A stretch of DNA of 64,000 nucleotides, taken from the NCBI GenBank assembly GCA_965203295.1, contig CBDBCZ010000019.1:1088001-1152000 (forward strand). Reading direction: 5' to 3'. This DNA comes from Nitrospirales bacterium. Its GTDB lineage: Bacteria > Nitrospirota > Nitrospiria > Nitrospirales > UBA8639. The position numbers and the translations under genes were made by a program. Shown here piece by piece: positions 22,227 through 34,251 of the stretch. Each line of letters starts with the position of its first letter. The first letter of the stretch is position 1. Under the pieces are notes generated by a model that saw only the letters and a program-made list of their open reading frames with translations, did no database searches and was not told where the DNA came from.

Positions 22227-24774
22227 GTGAATCTTCCCCATCGTTGCCTTCCTCGTTGGGCTCTTCCTCGGCTCTCTTTTTTCTTTTTTTCCCTCTACGA
22301 TTTTTATCCTGCTCCTTTTCATCGCTTTCGGTCTGACCTGGGGAGAACGCCGGACCCTTCTAACCAGAAGGCGTGGAATCGTGGTGTATGCTTTCTTAGT
22401 AGGAGGGGTAGCCTTTTGGGCCTTCTCGGATTGGAGATCAGCCCGCTCAGACCTCTTTGAACTCATTGGAGCGCGACCGATAACCCTGATTGGTTCGGTT
22501 GTTGAACCGGTGCGCCATGACCCAAACCGTTTAGTGTTGGTCGTCCAGGTTTCACATGTGATCGAAAAAGAATTGCATCGGCCTCTATCGGGAAAGATTC
22601 GGCTTACTTGGCGTAACCATGATCAGTCAATAATACGAGGGGATGTGGTTCAGTTCACATCACGCCTACGGCCTCCAATTGGCAATCTCAATCCAGGCGG
22701 ATTTGATTATGGCGTCTACCTTAAGCGTAAAGGAATCCATGCTTTGGTTTTTGTTTCTGGACCGGAGCAACTACGGGTTGTCGAACCTGGTGCGAGAAGG
22801 TGGGAGGGGTTTCTTGGGAATGTATTTGATCAATGGCGAGATCGCATAAGGAAAGCCGCAGTTCAGACACTCAATGAATCAGCACTTGGTCTCTATTTAG
22901 GAATGATCATTGGGGAACAAAGTTTTATTTCTCCGAAGATGCGCAATGAATTTATGACGACGGGAACTGTGCATATTATTTCTATTTCAGGTTCCCATTT
23001 GGGTTTACTCTCCTTTCTCTCGTTTTTTCTCGTAAAAGGGATTTCCACTCGTTTGCCGTCTCGCTGGTTGGAATTCATATCCCGAAGGATGACTCCAACA
23101 AGACTGGCGGTCTTAATGACCATTCCCTTGGTGATCTTTTATACGTGTCTTGCAGGAGGCGAAGTGGCTACCGTGCGCTCGCTTTTGATGATTTTGCTCT
23201 TCCTGCTGGCAGTCTGGATTGGTCATGCGCGCGATCTTCTTGGGGCCCTTGGAATAGCCGCAGGGATTGCTGTTCTTCATGATCCTCAGACAATTTTTGA
23301 TGTCTCGTTTCAATTCTCCTATCTCTCAGTCTTGGCCTTGGCTTTTGTCGTTCACCAAGACACAAAAAATGACCCTGAAGATGTACTGGAAAATACATGG
23401 ATAAAAAAGTTCAAAGCATGGCTAAGGCAATATTTGGTGATGACACTGGCCGTCACATTTGTCACGGTCCCTCTAGTTGCTTTGTATTTTAACCAAGTCG
23501 CTTGGTTTGGATTGTTAGCGAACGTGATCGTTATTCCGTATGCAGGGTTTGTGACCGTGCCCCTTGGCCTTGTCTCTGCGGTTGGGGTATTGGTTTTCGA
23601 TTCCGTTCAGTTACCTATAGGCGCTCTCAATCAAGCCGTTTTTGACTTTCTCGCCACATCGGTATCCTTCATGGCAACGGTTCAAAGTGCCGAGTGGCAC
23701 GTCGCTTCGCCATCTCTCATCATGATCTTCCTGTATTTCGTATTGCTATGGGTCGTATGGCGAGGTGACTTTCCCCGATTCGTGCATTGGACAAGCGTCC
23801 TCGGCCTTGCTCTGCTTCTTCTATGGTGGATGGTTTCACCAAGATGGATTGCGCACCCTGACAATTTGCGAGTGACGTTTCTGGATGTAGGGCAAGGAGA
23901 TGCCACAATTGTTGAATTACCGGATGGCCGGACTCTGCTCATCGATGGGGGTGTAGCCTACGGTGGGTGGGATGCAGGACGGGGGATTGTGGCACCATTT
24001 CTTTGGGATCGAGGTATCGCCCGCCTTGACCATGTGATCGCCACACATCCGCAGCGTTATCATGTGGGCGGGTTGGAGTGGATCACCAAAAACTTTGATG
24101 TGAGGCAGTTTTGGCATAATGGGATCATTCGTGATGAGCAGTTTTTTCAGAGGCTAAAGAAAACCATTCAAGACAGAGAGATCGTGGAAGACACGGCGGT
24201 AAGGGGAGAGGATATTGTGAACAATGGGCCTTGTCGACTTGGGATTCTTAATCCACCGCCTTCGCATGAGGGAACTTCCCGTCAAGGCGGTGGCCCGAAA
24301 AGTGGGACCTTGTTGAACAATCTCTCAATTATCACAAGATTGGACTGTAGACCACATTCGTTCCTTTTTACGGCGGATGCGGAGATTGAAGCATTAGGTC
24401 GCCTTGTTAAAAATGCTCAGAGAGAAATGGTGACTGTCGTGAAGATTCCCCATTATGGGGCCAAAAGCTCTCTGCATGAGGAATGGATCAGAAGGTTAGA
24501 TTCGGATATCGCTGTTGTCTCCGTTGGGAGACGCAATCGTTACGGACATCCATCCCCGAAAGTCCTTGAGGCTTATACACAAGCGGGGATGAGGGTCTAT
24601 AGGACGGATCAAGATGGTGCGGTGTGGATAGAGGCGGAACTTGCTTCACCAGAATTGAGCATCTCTACCGCCAAGAATCAGTTACCCATACCCGCTCGGT
24701 TAGACGCTCATATATGGGAAAAAGAGATGGAAAACTTAAAACGATTATGGCATCTGTGGATTGGCTTGCGTTAA
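22227..24774 (+). pseudogene. comEC: ComEC/Rec2 competence protein, probably decaying
   Basis: DUF4131 + competence (HIISISGSH) + beta-lactamase-fold (LDVGQGDA) domains; GTG 22227 is out of frame with the body by one C (22236-22239); metal motifs read THPQRYH and PHYG. Confidence 0.7.
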
Positions 24775-24894
24775 GGGGTAGTTGAGCTCTTTTTGGAGGA
24801 AACTTACCAGAAGAGGCTTCGATAGGGACATTAATAGTCTTGGGTAAAAGGGGAGTGGGAAAGGTCTCAGCTCGACGCGAGGTGGAAGGCAGAA

Positions 24895-27800
24895 TTAGGA
24901 TTTGAAGAATTCTTTTGCAGTCTCGTAAATGGGTTTCACATTGGGGAGAGGTGCCCAGCTCAAAATCGTCAGCGAATCGTTAACATAACTGGGTTTTCGG
25001 ATTCCGTTGAGCACGCACGTCACTCCTGGTGTGCTTGAGAGAATCCATAACGCTTTTTGTGATATCAGTCTGCTTCGATTGCCCTCCGGTAGCAGCGGAT
25101 CCAAGAGGTTGGTGAGTATTTGAGTTTGCCGTTTGTTTTTTTCAGCGGCTTCACTTCGCATGATCTGGAGCAGAGAGAGAAGTTCAGGAATGTACCGACT
25201 CCGCCAGACTTGCCACTGTTCAGCTGTATGGTCTTTAAGGTGTTTGGTCAGGACATTCGTGACCTGATTGACATGGGGAGCAATCATTTGAGCTTCAATT
25301 TGACCCCAATGTTGAAGGTTTTGAATGCTAGGACGGACCTGTTCTAACGTGTCAGCCCAGGTAAAATAGTCCTTGGGTTCAAGCCCTTTCCCGGAATACG
25401 AGATGGTCGGGACAAACTCCTTTTTAAATTCTTCTTCTAAAACCGAAACTTTTTGTTGCTGATCCTTAAAAGATATTCCGACAGGCTCAGTCTGTGGGTC
25501 TGCCAAGCGGACGATGGCCCCTCCTTTGGGCGGAATTGCATTCAAGGGCCGGTTGACAAAGATTGCAATATCTTCTTTAGCCGCGTATTCCAAAACCGTC
25601 TGATCTTCAAGCTTTCCGGTGTTTGGAGTCAGCATGGCGCCCGACTCCAAGAGGTTGAAGGGAAGTTGGAGAACTCGAAAATGGTGAGTTGGCTGATTGG
25701 CCTGTTGAGCTGCGGTTTGTGCGGATTCCAGCATTCTAAATAGGGAAGTCGCTTCCGGTTCGTCTGGAGGAGAAGTGCAGGTGTTCGATGAGACACCATA
25801 ATATTGTATCCGGCCTGTAGTCACTTGCGATTCAAGATAGGTAAAGGCCATCGTCAGTCGACGATAAAATTCATCTCGCAGTTGGCTCAGTGTTTCCTGG
25901 GATGTGGCCAGTTTTTTGTTTTTGGCGTCGGAAAGAAAATATTCCGGGTTGTGAAGAAGACAAATGTCTAAGGTTGCCAACCCCAATCGGTCAAGTGAAA
26001 GCGTGAGCTGATCTTCAAGAAATTCAGGATGAAGACAATGCCAAATGCCTTCACCGTATTTGACCATATCGGGATAGGGCGATCCAGAATGTTCCCGAGA
26101 TTTGGCCTTTTTGAGATTCTGCCCTTGCACATAGCCGATTTTTGAAACGACAAGAACCTCTTCTCGAGTGATTTCGTTATTTCTGATCAGTTCGGCCAAG
26201 ATGCTTCCTACCAACTGCTCGCTCTCTCCATCTCCATAATTGGTGGAAGTATCAATCACGTTGCATCCTTCTCGAAAAGCTTTTCGCAAAGCCTGACCGT
26301 GTTCCTCATCACCTAAACCAACCCGATAACAGCCAAAGCCGATTCGAGAGGTGGTTAACCCTGTTGTTCCAAGTCGCGTGTATCCATTTTCGGTAGGACG
26401 TGATTGATGTGGACTTGCAAGAAGTTTAGAGACATAGCTAGCAGTCCCCCGAGAAGTGGCAGATCCTTGGAGTCCTGGGGTCGTGAGGGTTTGATGATGA
26501 CTTGGTGATAGAGTAGGAGGCTTCACTTGCTGAGGATTGAGTGCTGACTCGACTAAATTAGGGTCAGTAATAGGTGCCTGGCATGCATAATTTTGGCAAA
26601 TGTACAAAGCTGCCTTTCCTTCAATCAGGGTTTTTCCAGAAAGGAGCGGGTGAGCGGAGGTGGACCTCTCTGAGTTTTGATAAGCAATGATTCGGTTGGG
26701 GATGAATTGTGAATGAATCACTCGCAAAAGGTTTTCATGGTCATTGCTCCCTGGCATTCCAACAACTGCCAGTTCCAAGGGGCTGTTTAATAGGAGGTCT
26801 GCTGCCATTAAGGCTTTGGAGAAAGCACGAGGGATTTGAGCCATCTGTTGGCCATAGCACCGAACGGCTTTTATGGCAGCCTCTCTCATATCTTGCCGAT
26901 CAAAGTGGAATGATAATCGTGCCAAGACAGAAGCTGCCACGGCATTTCCACTCGGAGTTGCACCATCCGGCCCTTCACGACCACGAACGATAAGCGATTC
27001 ATGGTCGTGGGCGGTTGTGAAAAATCCACCCTGCTCCTGGTCTGAAAAATCCGTGAGAAGGCGGTCAGCTAATCGAACGGCTTCTGTTAAGAATCGTTCC
27101 TCGCCGACGGCTTCATATAGGTCGATTAACCCCTCAATGAAAAAAGCGTAGTCCTCGAGATAGGCATTTAAGTGAGCTTTGCCTGATCGGTAAGTCCGAA
27201 ACAGCCCGCCGTCAGGTTTTGAAAGCGTTGTTAGGATAAAATCAGCGGCTTTCATTGCGCCAGTCAGGTAACGAGAGTTATTCAACACCCGAGCCCCTTC
27301 AGCCATTGCCCCAATCATCATCCCATTCCAGGCTGTGATGATTTTGTCATCTAACCCGGGTGGGATACGTTTCAAACGAGCCTCGTAAACCAACGGGCGG
27401 ACACGGGCTATGGTATCTTTGAGTTCCTCAGGAGTGCATCTCAACTCATGTGTCACTTCCTCGAACGATTGCGGAGTGTGAGGAATACTGTGGTCTTCCC
27501 AGTTTCCTTGCTGAGTGATGTCGTAGTATGCGCAGAATCGTTTCGCGTCCTCCTCCGGAACAAGTTCCTGAATTTGTTCAGGAGTCCATACGAAAAATTT
27601 TCCCTCGACTCCTTCGGAGTCGGCATCCGTCGCAGAATAAAATCCGCCATCGGGGGAAGTCATTTCCCGTAAGATATAATCCAGAATTTCTGTCGCAATC
27701 TGTTTGTAATACTCATTCTTGGTGACTTGAAAGGCTTCAAGGTATGTTTTCGTCAGTAGGGCATTGTCATAGAGCATCTTCTCAAAATGAGGGACCAACC

Positions 27801-28599
27801 AACGTTCATCCGTCGAATACCGGGCAAATCCTCCTCCGATCTGGTCGCACATTCCTCCAGAGGCCATGGCATCAAGGGTTTTTTGTACCATGTGTAGGGT
27901 GTGATCGTTCTTGGTGCGATGGTAGTGCCGTAAGAGGAGGGACAGTCCTGTCGCGGGTGGAAACTTAGGGGCATTGCCAAAACCACCAAAGTGTGAGTCA
28001 AAGTCTCTGGAGAATTGATCAACGGCTTGGTCAATCTCATCTTGCCCGACAGATAATGGGGGAGGCAGTCGCATGGATTCTTGAAGTCGGGTTGAAAATC
28101 GTCCTGCCTGTTTGGTGATGATGTCGGAATCTTTTGCCCATCCTTCAGCTATTTTGGTGAGCAGGGTTCCAAACCCGGGGCGTCCCCAACGATCAGTCGG
28201 AGGAAAGTACGTTCCAGCAAAAATGGGGTATTGGTCCGGGGTCAGAAAGACAGTCATCGGCCAGCCACCCTGTCCTTGGTTCATAGCCAGAGTGGCCTGC
28301 ATGTAGATTTCGTCTAAATCAGGTCGTTCTTCCCGATCGACCTTCACGCAGATATAGTGTTGGTTCATCAGCGCGGCAATAGATGTATTTTCAAAGGATT
28401 CCCGTTCCATCACATGACACCAGTGGCAGGCCGAATACCCAATCGATAAAAGTATGGGTTTGTTTTCGGCCTTCGCACGATCTAAGGCCTCGCTTCCCCA
28501 AGGGTGCCAATCTACGGGATTGTAGGCATGTTGGAGGAGGTAGGGACTGGTTTCGTGCAGAAGTCGATTGGGTGTTGCTGATTCAGACATAAAAACCAC
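24895..28599 (-). CDS. YyaL/SSP411 (DUF255 thioredoxin + six-hairpin) fused to an aldo-keto reductase domain
   Basis: [39 protein letters not shown]-terminal [25 protein letters not shown]. Confidence 0.9.
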   Translation of the reverse strand: MVFMSESATPNRLLHETSPYLLQHAYNPVDWHPWGSEALDRAKAENKPILLSIGYSACHWCHVMERESFENTSIAALMNQHYICVKVDREERPDLDEIYMQATLAMNQGQGGWPMTVFLTPDQYPIFAGTYFPPTDRWGRPGFGTLLTKIAEGWAKDSDIITKQAGRFSTRLQESMRLPPPLSVGQDEIDQAVDQFSRDFDSHFGGFGNAPKFPPATGLSLLLRHYHRTKNDHTLHMVQKTLDAMASGGMCDQIGGGFARYSTDERWLVPHFEKMLYDNALLTKTYLEAFQVTKNEYYKQIATEILDYILREMTSPDGGFYSATDADSEGVEGKFFVWTPEQIQELVPEEDAKRFCAYYDITQQGNWEDHSIPHTPQSFEEVTHELRCTPEELKDTIARVRPLVYEARLKRIPPGLDDKIITAWNGMMIGAMAEGARVLNNSRYLTGAMKAADFILTTLSKPDGGLFRTYRSGKAHLNAYLEDYAFFIEGLIDLYEAVGEERFLTEAVRLADRLLTDFSDQEQGGFFTTAHDHESLIVRGREGPDGATPSGNAVAASVLARLSFHFDRQDMREAAIKAVRCYGQQMAQIPRAFSKALMAADLLLNSPLELAVVGMPGSNDHENLLRVIHSQFIPNRIIAYQNSERSTSAHPLLSGKTLIEGKAALYICQNYACQAPITDPNLVESALNPQQVKPPTLSPSHHQTLTTPGLQGSATSRGTASYVSKLLASPHQSRPTENGYTRLGTTGLTTSRIGFGCYRVGLGDEEHGQALRKAFREGCNVIDTSTNYGDGESEQLVGSILAELIRNNEITREEVLVVSKIGYVQGQNLKKAKSREHSGSPYPDMVKYGEGIWHCLHPEFLEDQLTLSLDRLGLATLDICLLHNPEYFLSDAKNKKLATSQETLSQLRDEFYRRLTMAFTYLESQVTTGRIQYYGVSSNTCTSPPDEPEATSLFRMLESAQTAAQQANQPTHHFRVLQLPFNLLESGAMLTPNTGKLEDQTVLEYAAKEDIAIFVNRPLNAIPPKGGAIVRLADPQTEPVGISFKDQQQKVSVLEEEFKKEFVPTISYSGKGLEPKDYFTWADTLEQVRPSIQNLQHWGQIEAQMIAPHVNQVTNVLTKHLKDHTAEQWQVWRSRYIPELLSLLQIMRSEAAEKNKRQTQILTNLLDPLLPEGNRSRLISQKALWILSSTPGVTCVLNGIRKPSYVNDSLTILSWAPLPNVKPIYETAKEFFKS

Positions 28600-28958
28600 C
28601 GTACCATTCAGCCGGAAAGGTGGTCAACCAAAACGCTGGCTGAGATAATCAAAAACTATGGTCAGAGGTGAGTTCCGCTCAGCGATATCAAGAGAATGAT
28701 TAATAGAATGGTCAATGACAACCAGTGCTCAGAGAGTTCAACTCTTAAAAAAGTCGGACACGCAGGAAATTCCGGAATTGAAGTTGAGAATCTGAATCAG
28801 CGAATTTGAAAAGGAGAATCAAAGTTAAGTGAAAAAGCCTACATATTTCTATTGACGTAGCTGATAATGAGGGGTTAGCATAAAAGAAGGTATAGTTTGT
28901 CCAAAGGGGAATGTCTCTGCAATCAATGATGACAGTTAACGAATAAGGGAGGCCGTTT

Positions 28959-29435
28959 ATGAAAGCCAAAGAGGGAGTCGTCAATTTGCTGAATAAGATT
29001 TTGACCGAGGAATTGACGGTCATCAATCAATACTTTCTGCATGCCAAAATGTGTAAGAACTGGGGGTATGAGAGACTACATCACCATGTGATGGAGCGCA
29101 GCTTGGGGGAAATGAAAGATGCGACGAGCATTATCGATCATATCCTGTATCTCGAAGGTCTGCCAAACATGCAGCGTTTAGGCACCGTCAAGATTGGGGA
29201 GACTGTCCCAGAACAATTAAAAGTTGACCTGGAGAAAGAAAAAGGCATGGTGAAGGTCATGTCAGATGGCATCCAACATTTTACAAAAGTTGGAGATTAC
29301 ACGACCCGTCACATGTTAGAAGACATGGTCAAGGATGAGGAAGAACATATCGACTGGATAGAGACTCAATTGGAAACCATAAGCCAAGTCGGTCTCCAAA
29401 ATTATTTAAGTGAGCAAATCAAGAAAGAGGATTAA
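28959..29435 (+). CDS. bfr: Bacterioferritin
   Basis: [34 protein letters not shown]. Confidence 0.93.
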   Translation: MKAKEGVVNLLNKILTEELTVINQYFLHAKMCKNWGYERLHHHVMERSLGEMKDATSIIDHILYLEGLPNMQRLGTVKIGETVPEQLKVDLEKEKGMVKVMSDGIQHFTKVGDYTTRHMLEDMVKDEEEHIDWIETQLETISQVGLQNYLSEQIKKED

Positions 29436-29794
29436 ACCTTCAAGCCCGTCGGATAGATTCCTGTCAAAGTATTATTGACCCTCCCCCTTCCCAAAATCGT
29501 TAAACTGATGGAAGGAGGGAGGAGAAGTCATTTGCATCCCTTCTCCACCTAAAACCAAATCTCGAATTCAGGCTCTTTTCCTAGGCCAAGAGATTGGTTT
29601 CTCATTGTCTTAAATCTCAGAAAACTCTCCTGTCATAAATATGACATGCTAAAAAATGGTTTTTCACAGATTTTTGTCCAGAGGCCTTGCTCTGCAAATG
29701 TTGGAATAAGCAAGGACCCGATAGAAAGAAAGAATGGGTTAGGGAGATGATTGCTCTTGAATTAGATGAGAGTTCAAAAGGATAATCTCTCCTG

Positions 29795-30579
29795 ATGAAC
29801 GCTGCAGAAAATGAACACGATGAAACACCCGATACGGGACCACCGTCATCGGCAGAGGATCTTCATATTCTCAATGCCCTTCGTCGAGGAGATGAAGAAG
29901 CTTTTGGCTTACTCGTGAATCAGTACCATGGCCCGCTTCTTCGGTTGGCCATGGCGTATGTGCCAAGTCGAGCTGTGGCGGAAGAAGTCGTTCAAGAAAC
30001 ATGGTTGGGTATCTTTGAAGGGTTATCCCGATTTGAAGGTCGGTCTACGTTAAAAACTTGGATGTTTCGGATTCTTACGAATCGTGCAAAACAAGGGGAA
30101 AACGAGAAAGTCGCTATACCCTATTTGAGATAGATGAAGCTTCTAAAGAAGAGACGAGTGAACCTGCTGTAAGTCCGGATAGGTTTTACAAGTCAGGCTA
30201 CTTTGTTGATCATTGGGAGTCTTCTCCTGCGTTATGGGATGAGGACACACCAGAACGTCAGCTTTTGTCCAAAGAAAGCGTAGAAAAAATTACTCAAGCT
30301 ATCGAAAAGCTTCCTGCAACTCAGCGCCAGGTGGTCACACTACGCGACATAGAGGGACTCAGCACTCAGGAAGTGTGTGACATCCTGGAAATTACGGAGA
30401 CTAATCAGAGGGTCCTACTCCATAGAGCAAGGGGCAAGCTGCGTCGGGCCATGGAGTTGTATGTTGAAGGAAAGATGGTGACAGCCCAATGGACGGAACA
30501 TTCAAAGAGAAAGTCATTGACTATCTGGCCGGAAAGATTACCTGCAAGGAAGTCACCGAAGCGGTCACTGAATACTTAG
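29795..30579 (+). pseudogene. ECF sigma-70 factor, frameshifted
   Basis: Region 2 (AEEVVQETW...FEGRSTLKTW) and region 4 (LPATQRQV...LLHRAR) lie in different frames; one extra A in the A4 run at 30088-30091 restores NRAKTRGKRESR. Confidence 0.85.
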
Positions 30580-30767
30580 AGGGAAGCCTGACCTTAAAGG
30601 ATCGAGTCAGGTTTCAAATGCATTTGGGAATGTGTGTGGGGTGCCGAAATTATTTAAAACAGATGAAATATACCATCCAAACTCTAGGGAAACTCCCATC
30701 AGAGCCCATTCCTCCTGAAGTGAAGGATGAACTGGTGAGGCGCTTTAGAAACTGGGAAAAAGGATAA
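30489..30767 (+). CDS. ZAS (zf-HC2) anti-sigma factor
   Basis: ITCKEV...HLGMCVGC (HxxxCxxC), directly after the sigma. Confidence 0.88.
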   Translation: MDGTFKEKVIDYLAGKITCKEVTEAVTEYLEGSLTLKDRVRFQMHLGMCVGCRNYLKQMKYTIQTLGKLPSEPIPPEVKDELVRRFRNWEKG

Positions 30768-30816
30768 ATCAGTTCGGCATACGAGAAATACAGCCTACAT
30801 GTATGGTAAAAGGAAG

Positions 30817-30847
30817 GGGAGGTGATCGTTCATCATCTCCCTTTTTT
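30817..30847 (+). terminator. Rho-independent terminator
   Basis: GGGAGGTGAT-cgttc-ATCATCTCCC followed by TTTTTT. Confidence 0.75.
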
Positions 30848-30926
30848 CTTTCCGATGTAGAGTAATGAGAGAAAAGTAGAGAGCCCCTTGTTCTTGTTAA
30901 ATCAAAGCGAATAAAAGAGGACATGT

Positions 30927-31505
30927 ATGTCATTGAAGAATTCTACGATGTTGGCATTAGGAACACCGATACCTCAATTTCGACTCCCTGATGTGGTTTC
31001 TGGGCAGCTCATCTCTCCGGAGACGTTTTCCAATAAAAAGGGGATTCTTGTCATGTTTATTTGCCGACATTGTCCCTACGTCGTCCATGTGAAAGATGAA
31101 TTAGCCAGAATCGGTAAAGATTACGATGGTCAGGATTTAAGGATCGTAGCCATTAGCAGTAACGACATACAAAATTATCCTGATGATAGCCCTGATCGAC
31201 TGAAGGCTATGGCTGATGAACTACGATTCACATTTCCCTTGTGTTACGACGAATCCCAAGATGTTGCCAAAGCGTTCACTGCCGCCTGCACCCCAGACTT
31301 TTTCCTCTTTGATCGGGAATTTCGGTTAGTGTATCGGGGCCAACTGGATGACAGTCGTCCTGGAAATGGAAGGCCGCTAACGGGAAAAGACCTTCGTGCG
31401 GCGCTTGATGCTGTATTGGCTGGTCAAAAAGTGAATATGGAGCAAAGGCCGAGTGCAGGATGTAACATCAAATGGAAACCGGGTAATGCCCCTTCCTATG
31501 GTTAG
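30927..31505 (+). CDS. AhpC/TSA-like thioredoxin family protein
   Basis: FICRHCPYV, ACTPDFF, YRGQLDDSRP, GCNIKWK. Confidence 0.92.
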   Translation: MSLKNSTMLALGTPIPQFRLPDVVSGQLISPETFSNKKGILVMFICRHCPYVVHVKDELARIGKDYDGQDLRIVAISSNDIQNYPDDSPDRLKAMADELRFTFPLCYDESQDVAKAFTAACTPDFFLFDREFRLVYRGQLDDSRPGNGRPLTGKDLRAALDAVLAGQKVNMEQRPSAGCNIKWKPGNAPSYG

Positions 31506-31571
31506 GGGCCTCAGAGATGACGCTGATCAATTCACATGTAAAGGCAATGTTCCCTGTTTTGAATCTGTGTG

Positions 31572-31766
31572 TTCCGCCTTGCGCGTGGCTGAGTGCCAGC
31601 GCCGAATCTCACAACTCGGCGAGGACTGTCTAAGCGGAGTGAGTTCCGCAGCCATATGATTCGGTGCTGGGAGGAAGGAGACCCTCAGGGCCATGCGCGG
31701 GTGGGAATGGTTTGGGGTCCTTTTGCCGAAACAAAAGGGCCTCGTCGTGCGGGGCCGAAACCCCGC
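31572..31766. repeat. ~200-nt multi-stem intergenic element (REP/MITE-like or structured RNA)
   Basis: Nested stems 31578-31589/31690-31701 and 31596-31608/31658-31670; hairpins 31716-31741 and 31749-31766, both with CCGAAA loops. Confidence 0.7.
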
Positions 31767-31829
31767 TCAAATAAAAACAATTTAACCAAACATTCTGGAT
31801 GCCTGCTGACAAACGACTCAGACCATTTC

Positions 31830-32591
31830 TCACTGTTTCTTGAACACAATATCCCCAAAGTATGCGACGGCTGATTCCTTGGTATTATCAGTATCCGTCA
31901 TGACCGCGACTCCAGATATGTTGGGCGGTTCCTCACCAAACGCCTTTTTGTAATCCTCGTAAACATTCCGTTGTTCAGTGACCCATTGATTAAGTTTCTG
32001 ATTTCCGCTTTGGATGACAATCATCTTAACCCGATCTGTGTAGGGATTCGGTACAAGGGTGCCGATGGGAGATTGACTTTTCCAAATATAATTGAGGGCA
32101 CCAATTGGTGGATATTGCCCATAGATGAGCTTGATTAACTCAAACTTCGCTTTCTCGAAGAAGCCCACCCGACTGCTGTCATATTCAAATGTAATGTAAA
32201 TGCGGGCTGGATAGTCGTCTCCATCTTTACTGGTCACATCTCCATTTTTCAAAATGTTTTCAACCTTCCAACTCCACTCCACGACAGGATATTCCTTGGG
32301 ATCTATGAGAATTTCACGGGTCAGGCCGGAGGACGACTGATTGCTAACGGCTTTCACAACTACGGTTTGGCTATTCTTCACGAGCGTGTAGTCGGTATGG
32401 GTTTCAATCTTTTCGAAAGTCAGCGGTTTCCAGCCTTCTGGAAAATCCCCTCCAGGTTCAGCATCAGAAAATTTCCCAACTTCTAGGATCGGAGGAGTAT
32501 TGGAGAACCCCGCAGGGGTTATGAGAAAAAGAGCGAAAAGGGTTGTGAGAATAAAAGCTCTTTTTTTGAATGAGGGGCGTGCTCTGTCCAT
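31830..32591 (-). CDS. DUF3047 family exported protein
   Basis: WSWKV, DDYPARIY, LNYIW, MTDTDNT. Confidence 0.88.
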   Translation of the reverse strand: MDRARPSFKKRAFILTTLFALFLITPAGFSNTPPILEVGKFSDAEPGGDFPEGWKPLTFEKIETHTDYTLVKNSQTVVVKAVSNQSSSGLTREILIDPKEYPVVEWSWKVENILKNGDVTSKDGDDYPARIYITFEYDSSRVGFFEKAKFELIKLIYGQYPPIGALNYIWKSQSPIGTLVPNPYTDRVKMIVIQSGNQKLNQWVTEQRNVYEDYKKAFGEEPPNISGVAVMTDTDNTKESAVAYFGDIVFKKQ

Positions 32592-32614
32592 AGCTTATCC
32601 TTTATTCTTCTTCA

Positions 32615-34165
32615 TCACATCCATTGAAACAATTTCTTTAGAATACGTTTTTTCCTTTCAGTTAGCGTTGTCTTCCGCCAAGCATTGGCGACCTTCTTCA
32701 CGACTTCAGCTTGAGTCGGGTAGGGATGAATGGTTCTGGCAATCGTTCCGAGCCCTAACCCCCCCTTCATCGCCACTGTGAATTCACTGATCATATCTCC
32801 TGCATGGGCTGCCACAATTGTCGCTCCGACTATCGTATCAGTACCTTTTTTGACATGAACTCGCGCGAATCCGTCGTCTTCGTCATCCAGTATGGCACGA
32901 TCGACTTCATCGAGTTTAAAGGTGAACGTGTCGACCTCAATCCCTTTCTTGCGAGCATCAGCTTCATACAGGCCGACGTGGGCGATTTCTGGCTCCGTAT
33001 ACGTACACCATGGAATGATGAGAGAGTCAGTGCTGGCATAACCGAGACCAAAGGGGTGCGGAAAGAGCGAATTCTGAATCACGATTTGGGCCATCGCGTC
33101 TGCCGTATGCGTAAACTTAAAAGGGAAGCAAATGTCGCCAGCAGCGAAGATCTTGGGATTGGTTGTCTGAAGTCGGCTGTTCACTTTCACGCCAGACTTG
33201 GTGTCATAGTCCACGCCGACTGTCTCTAGTCCGAGTCCCTCAACATTGGGGGCTCGACCGATTCCAACCAGGATTTCGTCGACAGGCAATTCCATCTTCT
33301 GGCCATTCATCGTGTAATGGATCACTTTCACATCACCTCGAGCCTCAACGCGTGAGATGTTAGAGTTAAAGACGAAGCAGACTCCGTCATTGGCCATTTG
33401 AGCTTGGACAATCTCCGCTGCGTCAGCATCCTCTCGTGGCAGAATGTGTTCCGTCCGCTCAAACAAACAGACTTGGCTTCCAAATCGGGCAAAGGATTGC
33501 GCTATCTCGCATCCGATCGGACCCGCGCCGATCACCGCTAATCGTGATGGGAGTTGGGTAAGAGAAAAAATCGTTTCGTTAGTGAGGTAGCCTGTTTCTT
33601 CCAATCCCGGAATAGGGGGAGCTGCGGCCCGTGCTCCCGTGCAAATAACTGCCTTGGCATAATTCAGAGTTTTGCCATCGACATGGATGGTATGGGAACC
33701 GGTAAATTGACCTTCGCCAATAAACACATCTACACCTAACTGGGTATAGCGCTTGGCAGAATCCACGTGGCTGATCCGTGCCCGAAGTTTTCGCATGCGG
33801 GCCATGGCCGCTTCGAAATCGGTTTTGATCCCCTCCGGAATGTAGAGACCAAATTGATCAGCGTTGCGAACCTCAGCCCAGACTCGTGATGCTCGAATGA
33901 CTCCTTTGGAAGGAACGCATCCGACATTGAGGCAATCGCCGCCCATCAGATGCTGCTCAATTAAGGCAACCTTTGCGCCCAAGGCAGCAGCAACAGCCGC
34001 TGTGACCAGCCCGGCTGTGCCTGCACCAATCACAACAAGGTGATAGCGGCCTTTCGGATCCGGATTTATCCAGTCAGGCGGATGAACATTGTTGACCAGT
34101 TCCTTGTTGAATTGGTCCATGGGAGGGACTAAGAAGGGGATCGGGGATTCAGTGAGCGTGGTCAT
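32615..34165 (-). CDS. Mercuric-reductase-like FAD disulfide oxidoreductase (no C-terminal Cys-Cys)
   Basis: GAGTAG, GGDCLNVGCVPSK, GAGPIG, HPYPT. Confidence 0.9.
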   Translation of the reverse strand: MTTLTESPIPFLVPPMDQFNKELVNNVHPPDWINPDPKGRYHLVVIGAGTAGLVTAAVAAALGAKVALIEQHLMGGDCLNVGCVPSKGVIRASRVWAEVRNADQFGLYIPEGIKTDFEAAMARMRKLRARISHVDSAKRYTQLGVDVFIGEGQFTGSHTIHVDGKTLNYAKAVICTGARAAAPPIPGLEETGYLTNETIFSLTQLPSRLAVIGAGPIGCEIAQSFARFGSQVCLFERTEHILPREDADAAEIVQAQMANDGVCFVFNSNISRVEARGDVKVIHYTMNGQKMELPVDEILVGIGRAPNVEGLGLETVGVDYDTKSGVKVNSRLQTTNPKIFAAGDICFPFKFTHTADAMAQIVIQNSLFPHPFGLGYASTDSLIIPWCTYTEPEIAHVGLYEADARKKGIEVDTFTFKLDEVDRAILDDEDDGFARVHVKKGTDTIVGATIVAAHAGDMISEFTVAMKGGLGLGTIARTIHPYPTQAEVVKKVANAWRKTTLTERKKRILKKLFQWM

Positions 34166-34251
34166 GTATTCTCCCTGAGTGTTTGTGGCCAAGGGAATTC
34201 GGTTGTATTCGCTATTCATAGTGTCGCATAGGGAGCGCAACGGGTCCACCA

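Noticed and set aside
28237..28247. GGGGTCAGA match to the RAYT repeat core
   Set aside because: Lies in conserved coding sequence (FLTPD) with no flanking similarity
28783..28880. Possible Fur boxes upstream of bfr
   Set aside because: Only partial matches (GTTGAGAATC..., GATAATGAG); too weak to call
29631..29646. Palindrome TGTCATA-AA-TATGACA upstream of the ECF sigma
   Set aside because: Single occurrence with no assignable regulator
32615..34165. Mercury resistance (merA)
   Set aside because: No C-terminal Cys pair and no merR/T/P genes
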